From Eledone cirrhosa (lineage: Eukaryota), in the NCBI GenBank assembly GCA_964016885.1, contig OZ024740.1, positions 152,830,001 through 152,894,000 of the forward strand: a stretch of 64,000 bases of DNA. The letters run 5' to 3'. Below, piece by piece: positions 14,102 through 26,740 of this stretch (positions within the stretch are counted from its first letter, which is position 1; the number at the start of each line of letters is the position of its first letter). The position numbers and the translations under genes are program-made. A model generated the notes under the pieces. That model had not been told where the DNA came from and did no database searches. It saw only the letters and a program-made list of their open reading frames with translations.

Positions 14102-14294
14102 CCCTTTAGTATTTAAACTGGCCGTATCCGGCCAGAACTCTCTCACCTCTTTCTGTTCAAACCAGCCATAACTGGCTGCTCATACCCATTAAGGTATTGT
14201 TCTCAAAATAAATAACATCAAATCTCATAGATTCGATATTACGTGAGATACAAAAATACAATAGTAAATATAGAATAATGTAAATGCTAAAGGG
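14102..14294. mobile_element. piggyBac-type MITE, second family
   Basis: TTAA|CCCTTTAGTATTTA ... TAAATGCTAAAGGG|TTAA. Confidence 0.8.
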
Positions 14295-14365
14295 TTAAAA
14301 TGAGATTTCATTTATCTTTCATATTAAGTTTGGCATCATTTGGAAAAGTAGACCTTTATCACATA

Positions 14366-14398
<33 letters not shown>

Positions 14399-14873
14399 TA
14401 TTATCACCATCATGAGTCCCCAACACCACTCCACCAGCACCATCACTGCCACCACCACTACCACCAACAACAACAATATCATAGTCAACACTGCCATCGC
14501 CATCATCATTGTCATCACCAGCTAGAGTATAGAAATAGTTAATTATGGAGGCCAGAACATCATTTGATCTCTGACTGGTGAAATAATGTGCAAGTGGTTA
14601 ACTATTCCACAGGCCCTTGTTCCCTTAATACAGTGGCAGATTAAGGTTGTATGAGGAACTACTGTAACTCCATAATATTTAAAAGGCCCAAATTAAAATT
14701 TTGGCTACCATGAATTATATACAAGAAGCTCTGGTGTATAGAGAGTCACCTGAATACTGAAGCATTGAAATAATCAATAGCAGGAGTCTGCAAGCTGTAG
14801 ATAGCTGAAATATGTTCAGATATAACATCTAATTTACATAACCCATGCAAGGATGAGAAAATGGATGTTAAAC

Positions 14874-14907
<34 letters not shown>

Positions 14908-15899
14908 GGGGTGGTGGGGGTGATGATGATGATGGTGGTGGTGGTGGTGATGTTGGTGGGGTGGGTGGGGTGATGATGATGGAAAAGGTCATCGGTTATA
15001 TCAACAACAATATAACTTAGGTGAAATACCAGCCAACAATGATGTTTTCTTTGGAATAATGATGATGGATTGAATTCTCCATTGGTTTCTTTGTTGAGAA
15101 TTCCATTATTCAATAAAATGAAAGTTTGACTTGTTAATTAATAAGTGAGTAGTTGACTGATCCATAGACATTTATATCCATATAGCTATGGCACATCTGG
15201 GAAAGAGCTGACTGACCTTTAGTCAGGAACCCCACATATTCAAAGGGCTCCAAATTAATATTTTTGCCACCATATATAACACACAAGGGCTCTGATGAAA
15301 TTTTCAACCAGTGGTCCCATGTAAACTTAATCGACATCTACCTTAATGTAACTCTCAGGCAGAATTAGCATAACACAATATGTGACAAGGCTGGACCTTT
15401 GAATTACAACCACAGTACATCTGACAGGCATTCATAGAGTTTTTATCAACACAATTTCATTCACAAGGCTTGGGTTGACTCAAAGTTATAATAAAGATAC
15501 TTGCCAAAGTTCTATGATATGAGGGCCAGAGGCATAAGCTATTCTACATTACAAAGCAGTGTCTCAGTGTGAATCAGTTGTGTACAGAGAGAGGAACAGA
15601 AGGTTTGGGGGCCCTGGGCATCCATATCAAAACAAGTAGCAGGGGCATCCAACAAAAATTCATGAAGAAGGGTACTGTGAAAGAGGGACATTAGATGCCT
15701 GAATAAAAAGGAGATGATGCTGGTACAGTGGAGGATTGTAAAAAGTGAATTAGTTGATGCATTTTCTGACAGATCTCATTTTGGGAACTGGACTTAATAA
15801 GTGTGGTTGGTTTTAAATTAATTTCAACGTTTGAGAGTTTGTTTCATGTTTCATTTGTTTTTACATATTTAAAATGTCTTCCTAGAATAAGAACAGGCA

Positions 15900-16390
15900 G
15901 GGAAAAGTTTAGGGAGCTACTGATAACAAAAGGTTTCTCTTTACAAATGAAAGGTTGGCTATGTGACATCTGCAGGTAAATTGCAGGATTGCATGGAGTG
16001 AAACATGGGCAGTAAATGCATAGGATATGTGAAGGCTGGAGAAATGAAGCAAGGAAGAAAGCTTCAATGGATGGGTGGAGTTAATGAGCATGAATGGTAA
16101 AGTATGAATAACCTAAGAGAGAAACTGTGTAAGCGGAATCAAATGTAGTGTGCAAGAGAGAAACCTGCACTGGTATGGCTGTGTAATGTGTATAGCAGAT
16201 GACCATTGGGTAAAGAAGTATCAGGAGCTCCCATTAGCAGAAGGCTGCAGTAGAAAAACCTTGGCAGAAATGGAAAGAGTGGATTTCAAAATATTGAACC
16301 TCACAGAATTGATGACAAACAAATGCAATGCATGGAGGGGAAACTATCCTGGAAAATACCCAGTCAACCCATGCAAACATGGAAAAGAAA
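15900..16390 (+). pseudogene. Degenerate RTE-clade LINE 3' fragment
   Basis: Remnants LHG.ETWAV, LREKL, QERNLHWYGCVM..ADDHWVKK, RKT, LNLTELM...AWR, typical of the RTE ORF C-terminus. Confidence 0.65.
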
Positions 16391-16482
16391 ACATAAAAGT
16401 TCTGAACCCTCACCCACCCCCACCCCAATCAAGTTCCCAGCCCTCACCATAAAATTGTCCCCTTGGAGCCTCAACATTAAGT

Positions 16483-16700
16483 GCCCAGCGCTCACTATAA
16501 AGTAGTTATATAGGTGTCACAACAAAAATCACCCAGTTCACACTGTAAAGTGGTTGTGTAGGTGTCACAACAAAAAGGACCTAGCACACACTGAAAAGTG
16601 GTTGTGTAGGTGTCACAACAAAAAGCACCTAGCACACACTGAAAAGTGGTTGCGTAGGTGCCTCGACAATAAGCACCCAGCACACACTGTAAATGTGGTT
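16483..16700 (+). repeat. 48 bp tandem repeat (~4.5 units) derived from a SINE segment
   Basis: Unit cacctagcacacactgaaaagtggttgtgtaggtgtcacaacaaaaag; runs into ...aggaagggcatctagctgtagaaa, as in the SINE at 9790-9850. Confidence 0.85.
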
Positions 16701-16866
16701 GATATTAGGAAGGGCATCTAGCTGTAGAAAACAAGCCAAAATCAGTTCTATGTGTGTGAATAGGTGTCCTCTGACCTAATCTCTTACAAAGGGGCTGCCT
16801 GTCCTACCCTTGCTAGAAATGGACGTTAACGATGATGATAATGATTATATATATATATATATATAT

Positions 16867-17405
16867 ATAAATTAATAAAATAATGAATAAACAAAGAAAC
16901 AGTTCCTTATATTAAAAAATTCATCATTTTACGGTCGTTTCTAGGATATATATGTTAGTGTTGGTATGCATATCCTATAGATCTATGTAAAATTTTTACA
17001 AACTATCAGAGGGAATATACATACCTACACATATATATGCTGTCTTCAGAAATAATGATATTTGTTTATTCTCAATAAACAAATATCATTATTTCTGAAG
17101 ACAGCATATATATGTGTAGGTATGTATATTCCCTCTGATAGTTTGTAAAAATTTTACATAGATCTATAGGATATGCATACCAACACTAACATATATATCC
17201 TAGAAACGATCGTAAAATGATGAATTTTTTAATATAAGGAACTGTTTCTTTGTTTATTCATTATTTTATTAATTTATCTTGACTCTGTTTTCCGTTATTT
17301 TTCACCTAAAAAAATTTTTGAATACATCTTCTCTTTTCATGATATTCGGATTACATTGAGTTCTTCATACGGATTGGACACTACCGTACATTTTGGTAGA
17401 TTTAT
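16867..17405 (+). mobile_element. PLE pLTR fragment with inverted 5' duplication (204 bp palindrome)
   Basis: Arms 16867-17070 and 17074-17277, 3 nt loop, one mismatch seen; unique tail to ~17405; (TA)n on both flanks; contains a hammerhead. Confidence 0.75.
17086..17223 (+). ncRNA. Type I hammerhead ribozyme with ~100 nt extended stem II
   Basis: Stem I tcattattt/aaatgatga; CUGAAGA at 17095-17101; GAAA 17203-17206; palindromic stem III CGAUCG; UA cleavage after 17214. Confidence 0.7.
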
Positions 17406-18532
17406 CTATATATATATGATAAAGGTGTGTCCAGCTGTATAAACAATATCAAACAAAGAATCAAGTGTATTCTTCAGTTGCATCAGAAGCATGACAATCT
17501 CTCTCTAGTGTTGGTGACACGATGAAACACACCCAGTACACTCTCCAAAGTGGTTGGTGATAAAAAGGGTATCTAACCAATTGTATATATGAACCACATG
17601 TTAAGTTTTAGTAATGAAATACTTAATAATTTTTATAAATCCGTTAAATCCTAATAATTTTTGTAAATCCCTTATTTTAGTAATGAAATACTTAATAATT
17701 TTTGTAAATCCCTTAAAATTCTTTATGAATTAAGTGAAATTAAATTTATATCATTAGAAATATAGGAACGAAAGGGATGAATAAAATTTTATTTAAGAAG
17801 GTTGTTCCCAGAGAAATTCAGTTTAATGTTTATGTAAAAAAAAAATTAAATAAACAAACAAATAAATAAATAAATAAATAAGAATTTTGTATGATTCATT
17901 CCCTTAGTAAATGTCATTTCAATAGTATTGTGCCAAAAGAGAAAATACAAACAACTGATTTGGAACTCTGTACAAACTGTTTACTTCAACCCAGTTTTAC
18001 AAGTCAAACAAGCTATAAGTAGCTTATATTTTATTAAATTGCACTCACAATATATTTAGTATCCTGTAAGTTTTTTTCTTTTTAAAGAAACAAACATGTC
18101 CATTTTATTTATTTATTTATTTATTTATTTATTTTTCAGTCGTTTCTTTTGAGACACAATGTACAAAATATAATAATCGATAACAATAAAAGGTATTCAA
18201 TGTTCAGTGAAGTTCTATGGACTTGGTACAAACTAATTTTTTATGTACACGTGTGTGTGAATATGTTAAAGATTTGTTTACAATTAGATTAGCCTTTTGG
18301 TAAGTTGTATTTCAGAAGTGTTTACAGAAATACATTCTAAAACCCTATTCATCTAAATATCTAAGTTGTCACTTCTCATATGCGCGTGTGTGTGTGTTTG
18401 TTTGCGTGTGTGAATATATATATATACACATACATATATATATGCAAACATATATACATGCATATATATATAAATAAATATATATATATGAATATATATA
18501 TATATGTGTGTGTCTGTGTGTGTGGATATATC

Positions 18533-18623
<91 letters not shown>

Positions 18624-18794
18624 ATACACACACGTGTGTGTGTGTGTGTGTGTGTTGCAAATAATGTATCGTTGTCAAGAAAGAGATGAAAGAATCGAAA
18701 TATAATTATTTATATTTGAAGTGAAATGTCAAAGTTTAAACAAAGAAATGTTTGACAAGTAACTGTATTTAGTTTCTTTCAAATTCTTGAGATA

Positions 18795-19250
18795 TTGATT
18801 TCTAATTTAGGCACAATGTCAATAATTTGTGGGGAGAGGAATGTCGATCGCGTCGACACAAGTATTTGACTGGTACTTTATTTTTTCGACCTCAGAAGGT
18901 TAAAAGGGTAAGTTGGTAACGGCGAGATTTGAACTCAGAACGTAGACAGTCGTAATTAGCCACCACAAAGTATTTGTCTGACGCTCAACCGATACTGCCA
19001 ATCAATCGCCCTTAAGTAAATTTGAAATAAGGATTTCTGATTTAGGGCACAAGGCCAACAATTTTTGGAGGTGGGAAAGTCGATTAAATCGACCCCAGTG
19101 CGTTACTGGTACTTTATTTTATCGACTCCTTAATGATGAAAAGCGAAGCTAACCTCGGCGGGATTTGAAGTCAGAACGGAAAGGGCCGTAACTATATGCC
19201 ACAAAGCATGTTGTCCGACGCTCTACCGATTTTGCCAATCCACCATCCTT
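18795..19250 (-). mobile_element. Two tandem SINE copies (~18795-19012 and ~19030-19250)
   Basis: Reverse complements of SINE tail, core and B box (gatttgaactcagaacg) in each copy. Confidence 0.8.
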
Positions 19251-19642
19251 AAATAAGTTTGAAATAATATAAAATAAATCAAACAAGTAAACAAATTACA
19301 AAAAAAGCATCATATTGTGTGAAATTCCGAAAATAGGATTGACTTGTCTCGCCAGAAATTCAATCTTGAGCAGCCGAGCTAAGCTTTAGAAACTGAAGTA
19401 GAAATATTTATAAAACAGAAATAAACGATTAGAAAATTTCCTGTTCCACTTAATTTTGACTAGAGTTTCAATTTACTGCCATATATGCAAGCAGTGAAAA
19501 TATTTAGTAGATCCAACTGTTCTGAAATAAATATCAACTTTTTTTTCTTATTCTCTTTTTACTTTCTTATGTCAACTAAACTATTGTTGAAATAGCAAAA
19601 TAACTTCAGTAAAAACAAAAATATGGAATTGTGAAGGCTTAC

Positions 19643-19820
19643 TTGTGTTGGGGATTAGTTGTCGGGTAATGTCTGTCGTTGTCGCCAGCTGTTGTAGTTA
19701 TGACGAAGAAACTGGAAGTTAGTTGGGACTGAACGATAAAACCCACTCCACTCCCACGCCATTTCCTGACATTCAACCCCCTCCCTTCAACTGTCTACGG
19801 CTTTTTAAAATGGCCGCTAT
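19643..19820 (-). promoter_or_regulatory. Candidate first (non-coding) exon / TSS region
   Basis: Unique CpG-containing stretch with YY1-like GCGGCCATTTT (minus, ~19807-19817), ending at donor AA|GTAAG (19642-19638). Confidence 0.2.
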
Positions 19821-20774
19821 ATCGGAAAAATGAAATTTCATCGACATCAAAAACAAGTTCTATAAAAGTTATGCAATTCTTTTTTTTTCCTCCCACTTTC
19901 TCTCACTAATTTTAATTCCCATTCAGTTTTGTGTTGGTAAGCCTTATACAAGTATTGTGACTCAATACATTACTAAACCTAAGTTTCAAATACATAAAGT
20001 GGAGAAGGTGTGATTTTGTCTAGATTACTTGACGCTATTTGAATGGTCTTAAAAATGAATGATTTTAACAGTGTGGAGTGTCTACATTTTTTATTGTGTT
20101 TATCTCGCTAAGAGAGACCGTGACATTTGACCTACAACATGCCTTTTAGTTGAAGACTGGCTAAAAAACATATTATCATCATCATCATCATCATCTTTTT
20201 ACGTCTGCTTTTCACGCTGGCATGAGTTGGATGGGCTGTTGGGGGTCAGAGACCAGACAGGTTGAAGAGACCTCATCTTGCTCACACATTCTATATTTGG
20301 CATGGTTTCTGTAGCTGGATGTCAACGAACTCGTAGTTGTATTATGCGTTTTTTTCATGGTACCAACACTGGAGAGGTTGTTACATGCTCATCCTGCTCG
20401 AAGGGCTCTCTCAAACCCTATATTGTCTATGTTCAAGCGCCAACAAGTGTGGCAGTGCTTGTGGGTTTATGTAATTAATAGCTGCGGTATTTTGTGATGC
20501 AATACTTGTTGGTCTATGTAATGAATAATAATTAATGATAAACGCTCATATGTTCCATATTTGGCATGGTTTCTACAGTTGGATGTTCTTCCTAACTACC
20601 GCCACTTTACAGGATATACTGTGTATGTTTCATTTAGAAGGACTTAGTCCGAAATGTCAGTGTGTGTATGTATTTGTGTGTGCGTATGTATATGTATGTG
20701 AATGTTCGTCGGCGCATACGTATGTACTGGCCTAAATCTTCACTATTTACTTTTACTATGTTAAGGCAAAGTTA

Positions 20775-20885
20775 AAATCCCGTCGAGATTAACTTTGCCT
20801 TTCATCCTTACGGGGTCGATAAAATAAAGTACCAGTAATGAACTGGGTAATTGCTGGCCTTGTGCCAAAAGTAGAAACAATTATT
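20775..20885 (+). mobile_element. 5'-truncated SINE copy
   Basis: aaatcccgtcgagattaactttgcctttcatccttacggggtcgataaaataaagtacc...agaaacaattatt. Confidence 0.8.
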
Positions 20886-21109
20886 TCGGTCCTTTGATAT
20901 GCCCTGTCCCGAAGTATGGTGTTGTTTTCTCAAAGAACTGGTGGCATTTGATATAACAGCAAATATGAATAAACGAAGTTTAATTTTAACCTGTTGACTT
21001 ACACTTCTTGTTTTTAAATTACTCCGGAGTAAACAAACTCACCTGCGCATTTCGTTTAATGCTCTACCCTGCATACTGAAGTGTCGGTAAGCGTCCAACA
21101 CATACTCAA

Positions 21110-21165
<56 letters not shown>

Positions 21166-21323
21166 CCAAAAGTTTATATGGTTTGTTGATTATTCAACGA
21201 ATTCAATTTTAGAATAGATTAGAAGCACTCGAAAAGTATTTAACTGGAGTATCTATAATATTATTCAAAATATTAATAAATGAGAAATATTATCATAACC
21301 AAAGTATATATATTTTATTATAC

Positions 21324-21361
<38 letters not shown>

Positions 21362-21365
<4 letters not shown>

Positions 21366-22446
21366 AAAATGGAACGGGAACAAAACAGAGGCAGTACGAA
21401 CAAAGGTTTATTAGTTTCACGCTCTTGAGAGTTGGGGGTGGGGAACGACGTTTCGGGCATAAGCCCTTCTTCAGGCGAAAAGTATGTGGGAAGAGAGTTC
21501 CAAGTGTGTGTAGGGGAGTAGGGGAGTGGGGGAGAGACATTTAGGAAAGAGGGGTAAGAGGAAATGGTGGAAGTGGTACAAATGAAAATAAATATGAAAA
21601 TAAATATGAAAAAATAATAATAAAAATAAAAATAAACATGAAGATAAACAAGTGGTGGAAGGGTGTGGGGCGTGTAGGGGTGGTGGCGGGTGGAGTGGGG
21701 AGAGGGAGGCGGGGTGTCCGATCGGGGAGGGCTGAAGGGGGTTTGTTTGTGTAGGTGTACGTGTGTGTGAGTGTGTGTGAATGTGAGAGTTGGGGGAAGA
21801 ACGGGGTTCCATGTTCAGGAAAAGGTTGTGTGGGGTGGGGTGTAGGTCGGTGTGTGTGTGCGTGTGTGGATGGGGAGGGGTCAGGGGCGGTCAGGGGGAG
21901 GGGAGAGGATTCCGGAGGCTGAGTGTGTAAATATGTGGGGGTATGCACGTGTGTGTGGTGTTTATACGTATTGTCGATGAAGGTGGCGTGTGGGAAAAAA
22001 CATTTTTTTGAGTGTATGTTCGTGGGTAAGTTCCTAAGTAGTTCCGTAGAGGGTGTGGTGAGTTGCCGGATATTTTCCTTGTGATGAAGTTGATTCGTGG
22101 GAGCGAGGTCCAATGTGTGTAATCCGTGGTTGGGTTGGTCGGAAGAGGGGAGATGTGGGGTACGCGCGCAACAGGAAGTGGTCAGAGGGTCAAAGCAGGA
22201 GGAGGGTTGTGTGTCTGTGTGTGCGGAGAGGTGGTCAGAGGGTCAGGCATAGCAGCAGTAGGGGAGAATGGCAGGTGGAGAAAGTCGGTGTGTCCGTGTG
22301 TGCGGAGGTGCGGTGGACGGTGGAGAGGATGGGTAGGTGTGAAAAGTGGAGTGGGGAGGGGTCGTGTGGGGGTGTGTGGGGTGTATTAGTAGAGGTGTTA
22401 GTGGGATGTGTGTGTGTGAAGGATGTTAGTATTGTTAGTTGGGGAG
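21362..22446 (-). mobile_element. PLE 3' fragment (Neptune-like) with hammerhead-like core
   Basis: Minus strand CTGAAGA AGGGC TTAT GCCC GAAA CGTCG at ~21444-21474, followed by AATAAA; (TA)n on both flanks; C/A-rich body. Confidence 0.55.
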
Positions 22447-22471
22447 GATATATATATATATATATATATAT

Positions 22472-22513
<42 letters not shown>

Positions 22514-22520
<7 letters not shown>

Positions 22521-22815
22521 GAAGTTGGAAATAGCATGGAATATATATTTAAGGGTCTGTTTTTTCTCTTTTTATCCTTTCTTTGATTCGTCAAAGTGAC
22601 ATTATTGAAAAGATGACATTATTGAAAATAAAGTATATAAAGTATTACCGGTTTCCCTCTCATTTGTTCAATAATGTCACCTTTTCAATAATGTCACTTT
22701 GACGAATCAAAGAAAGGATAAAAAAAGAAAAACAGACCCTTAAATATATTTTCCGTGCTATTTCCAACTTCACCTTTTCTCTGTATTCACTGTTTTGTAT
22801 AGAACCTTACTTCCC

Positions 22816-22821
<6 letters not shown>
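22514..22821. mobile_element. Fold-back PLE pLTR fragment (~115 bp arms)
   Basis: Arms ~22514-22626 and ~22667-22782; spacer holds a minus-strand hammerhead 3' half (GAAA CCGG UA); microsatellite flanks. Confidence 0.6.
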
Positions 22822-22872
<51 letters not shown>

Positions 22873-23058
22873 TTAGGTTTGTTGGTTCACCACTGGATAG
22901 AATTCCGTATGGTCAATCTTGGTGTAATATTGTGGAAAGTACTCAACGTAGTGCAGTTCACCCGTCTTCGTTTGTGTAGTTGGTGGTGCGAATACGGAGT
23001 TAATTATCAATAAAAATAACAGGAGGCTGGACTGGTGTAAATCCTTGAAAGGTGTATT

Positions 23059-23116
23059 ATACTATGATCATTTCAATTACCGGGTTCCATATGAATCCGG
23101 TGATTTCATCAGGTAT
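23059..23116 (-). ncRNA. Type I hammerhead ribozyme (downstream repeat)
   Basis: atac CUGAUGA aatcaccgg-loop-ccggtaatt GAAA UGAUCA UA gtat; 8/9 bp stem II, palindromic stem III, 4 bp stem I. Confidence 0.75.
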
Positions 23117-24314
23117 TCGAAATATAACAAAGGAATATGTAAAAACCTTGGGTCCGAAAAATCAGAGACAAAGAGGACGACTGACCAACTAGCTCCTTTC
23201 ACCTCGGCCAGTCGCCCTCAAAGTGATGGCAACTCGGTCTACTAATGACCATCTGGTGAGGGGGCGAAGGCTTATAATGTACTACCACCTCTCCGTCAAA
23301 GAATAAAAAAGGGGAAGAAAAAAGGAAAGAAAGAAAGAAGAAAAAGAAAGAAGTCAACGTAAGAGTCACACTACAGTCAAGCTAGAAAACACCGCGAAAA
23401 ATGTTATTCTAAAGAATATATATTTTAACAAAGGCATATATAATGGGTGTCTGTATGGTCTAATGTGTGAACAGAAAATTGGAACGTTAACTTATGTTAC
23501 GAGTTATAGAATGAAATTAAATTAAAAAATAATAAATTGAAAATTGGAAAATAAATTTTAAAAATGTATTTAATGAACTTACAAGGAGAGTCTTATATGA
23601 AAAAGTTACTCTCGATAAGATATCAGCCAGTTTCGAGTGGTATCGTCCAGCGAAAGAAATGGAAATTAATTTTTCCGAGTACTCTAGGAACGTAGCTATC
23701 CTAGGCCCTAGGTGTGCTAGATTTCGACAGGCCATCGTTAATACCAAACGAATACTTTTAATTCACACATGAGGGGTTTATTTACGTGCCAGTGGAGGCA
23801 TGATACAGCTAACAGTTATGCCTAAGCCTAGAGTTTATAGGGATAAGTATAATATGGCGGCCAAAACAGGCGGCGCGGTGGGCCCGGGGCAAAGTAATCC
23901 GCTCCGAGTAATTTCGTTTACCGAAAGAGGGGAAATTTATTTTTCCAAGCACTCAAGGAAGGCTGAACTTTCCGAGTGCCCAGCGCGCAGCCGAGAAAAG
24001 CCACCACATAAGTCGAAGGTAGCAACCCAATGAAAAGTGCAAATAGACCATAATTATTTTAAAGTCCCAGTTAGTCCGGGTTATAAGTAGTGTGGTTCTT
24101 TGGTAAAAGCAGGATACAAAGATAAAATACAAAGATAAAGAATACATTGATAAAAATACATTAATAAACTAATAAAAGTAAAAAGTAAAAATACAAAAAT
24201 AATACGTCTTCATAGCTAGGGTAGTTATGTAGTAAGACGGAAGTATATAAGAACATATCGGAGGAATCAGAGCAAAGGGGAAATAGAATATAGATCGAGT
24301 TGTAGTAAGATAAT

Positions 24315-24408
24315 TGTTTCTACTTTAGGCCAGCAATTACCCAGTTCATTACTGGTACTTTATTTTATCGACCCCCTAAGGATGAAAGGCAAAGTCAACC
24401 TCGGCGGG
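24315..24408 (-). mobile_element. 5'-truncated SINE inserted in the spacer, 11 bp TSD
   Basis: TSD agtaagataat at 24304-24314 and 24409-24419. Confidence 0.8.
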
Positions 24409-24962
24409 AGTAAGATAATACAGGTTGTACATATAGATAAAGAGGATGGAAGAGATGGAATGGTAACAGGTGGTACCTAGTGTAAAGTTCGGGTCTCCGA
24501 ATGCAGTGTGAGTCACAAAAAAGTCCTGAAGTATAGAGTAGAGAATTCAGTCAATACAATACATGTTTTAGTATAATACGTAGAATTTTGTCGGAATCCG
24601 AATATTCCGGAGAGGGAAGCAGCATCGGGTGGGTGGTAGATAAAGCACAGAGCAGCCAAAATCCGAATGGTAAGTAGATCAGTTAATCACATGCTGGCGG
24701 TAGCTGTACACTGAAGTCAGTGCCGCTGTTCAATATTGCATTTGGAAGTGCTCAACATTATTGGAGCATTATTTCTTTAGGTTTGTTGGTTCACCACTGG
24801 ATAGAATTCCGTATGGTCAATCTTGGTGTAATATTATGGAGAGTACTCAACGTAGTGCAGTTCACCCGTCTTCGTTTGTGTAGTTGGTGGTACTAATACG
24901 GAGTTAATTATCAATAAAAATAACAGGAGGCTGGACTGGTGTAAATCCTTGAAAGGTGTATT

Positions 24963-25020
24963 ATACTATGATCATTTCAATTACCGGGTTCCATATGAAT
25001 CCGGTGATTTCATCAGGTTT
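24963..25020 (-). ncRNA. Type I hammerhead ribozyme (upstream repeat), stem I weakened
   Basis: Identical core to 23059-23116; the 5' strand of stem I reads aaac instead of atac. Confidence 0.65.
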
Positions 25021-25338
25021 TCGAAATATAACAAAGGAATATGTAAAAACTATGGGTCCGAAAAATCAGAGACAAAGAGGACGACTGACCAACTAGCTGC
25101 CTTGACCTCGGCCAGTCGCCCTCAAAGTGATGGCTACTCGGTCTACTAATGACCATCTGGTGAGGGGGCGAAGGCTTATAATGTACTACCGCCTCTCCGT
25201 CAAAGAATAAAAAAGGGGAAGAAAGAAAGAAGAAAAAGAAAGAAGTCAGTGTAAGGGTCACACTACAGTCAAGCTAGAAAACGCCGCGAAAAATGTTATT
25301 CTAAAGAATCTATATTTTAACGGGGTCCTGACTCTTTT

Positions 25339-25505
<167 letters not shown>

Positions 25506-26159
25506 TAACAGATTAAAGTTTAAGCAAAGAAACGCTGCTTTCACCCTTAACGGGATCTTCTGTTTTATTTATATATATATATAAACAAAACATTTAAAAT
25601 GTTAATTGATCTTTAATACTTGGTGGTTGTTTCTAATTACACCATAATATTTCCACTCCACGTTGTAAGCTAGTATTATATAACAATGCTAACGTAACAG
25701 CCTCATTCCTCGCTCTGATAGTCAACTACTTCAAAACATCAGCCCAGACAGCCGTCTCAATTTACATTTCTTATCCCCTGCAAAAAATACCACCAGAGAT
25801 GATGCTGATAATTTTCTTAAGATTGGATTGTATAGAGACGAACCGTTCTGAAACAGCTGTTCTCTGTAATGGTGTAATGTTTGAAGGTTTACATGTTATT
25901 CCCTACAAATATCTCAAGTAATTTTAACTTAGAATACGTCAACTTTGGAGAATTGGGTGTAACCGATTGCTGAGAGACCGAGAGGTCATAACCTGTGTAC
26001 GTCGTCAGTAGCGGAGGGCCAGCGGTTTAGTTACGCATTTATTCCCGTACCTGCCACACACACACATGTATATATATATATATATATGGGTGTATACATG
26101 CATATGTATATACGTATATCTTTATAAATATACATATATATATATATATATACGTATAT

Positions 26160-26203
<44 letters not shown>

Positions 26204-26324
26204 ACATATCAGGGGCTGGGGGGGGGGGGGTACCCCCTCCCGCCCCTATAATTATATTTTTCTCCTCAAAATATCAAAACACACATCAATTTGTATATGC
26301 GCTACGATTTATGTACATGTTACG

Positions 26325-26497
26325 AAGAGATAGAGGGGAGAGATAGATATGGATACAGAGAGGGGGAGAGTTTCGTGGTAATTGATATAGAGAGGAAGGT
26401 TGGGAGAGTGTGTTGTATATCAGATATATAGAGGGGGAGAGATTGATGTTTATTGATATAGAGAGGGGGATTGGAAAACAATTCCGTTTAGTAGATA
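26325..26497. repeat. Purine-rich GATATAGAGAGGGG satellite, left part
   Basis: Same motif set as 32180-33290; separated from it by the Tx1 insertion. Confidence 0.8.
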
Positions 26498-26740
26498 TAT
26501 ATTTCTATTTATTTGCCACCAGGGCATCAAAGATTGGGACAAATACAAAGGGGGGAGTTTACATACATTTAAAAAGACGTGTAAAAAACATATAACAAAT
26601 TAAATTTAACAATCGATGTCCTCAATAGGGAGGGGCGTTGACATGGGTCGCACACACCCCCGAAAAAATGTGCAACCCTCCTCTTCGGGAGCACAAAGAG
26701 CGGGTGCTTCCTTCCTCTTCTCATTCTTCTCCTCTCTCAC

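Noticed and set aside
15134-15337. 67 aa ORF and neighbouring unique-looking sequence
   Set aside because: No splice signals or recognisable motif; abuts SINE sequence.
16483-16700. CRISPR-like or 16 aa repeat protein reading of the 48 bp array
   Set aside because: Contiguous units with no unique spacers, eukaryotic context, SINE-derived.
18353-18705. ORFs of YI/HT/CV/poly-H/poly-I repeats here and at 14.3k, 26.1k, 35k, 42k, 48k, 49.6k and 62k
   Set aside because: Translations of (TA)n, (TG)n, (CAT)n and (AAT)n microsatellites.
23045-23245. Duplicated 66 aa ORF (also 24949..25149)
   Set aside because: Non-ATG start, antisense to the hammerhead strand; the duplication just reflects the direct repeat.
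22870-25321. Classical LTR retrotransposon or TRIM interpretation
   Set aside because: No TG..CA termini, PBS, PPT or TSD recognised; type I hammerheads and TA flanks point to PLE or retrozyme.
25790-25875. Functional hammerhead (GAAA CAGCTG TT)
   Set aside because: No intact CUGANGA in a position to form the core; counted only as a remnant.
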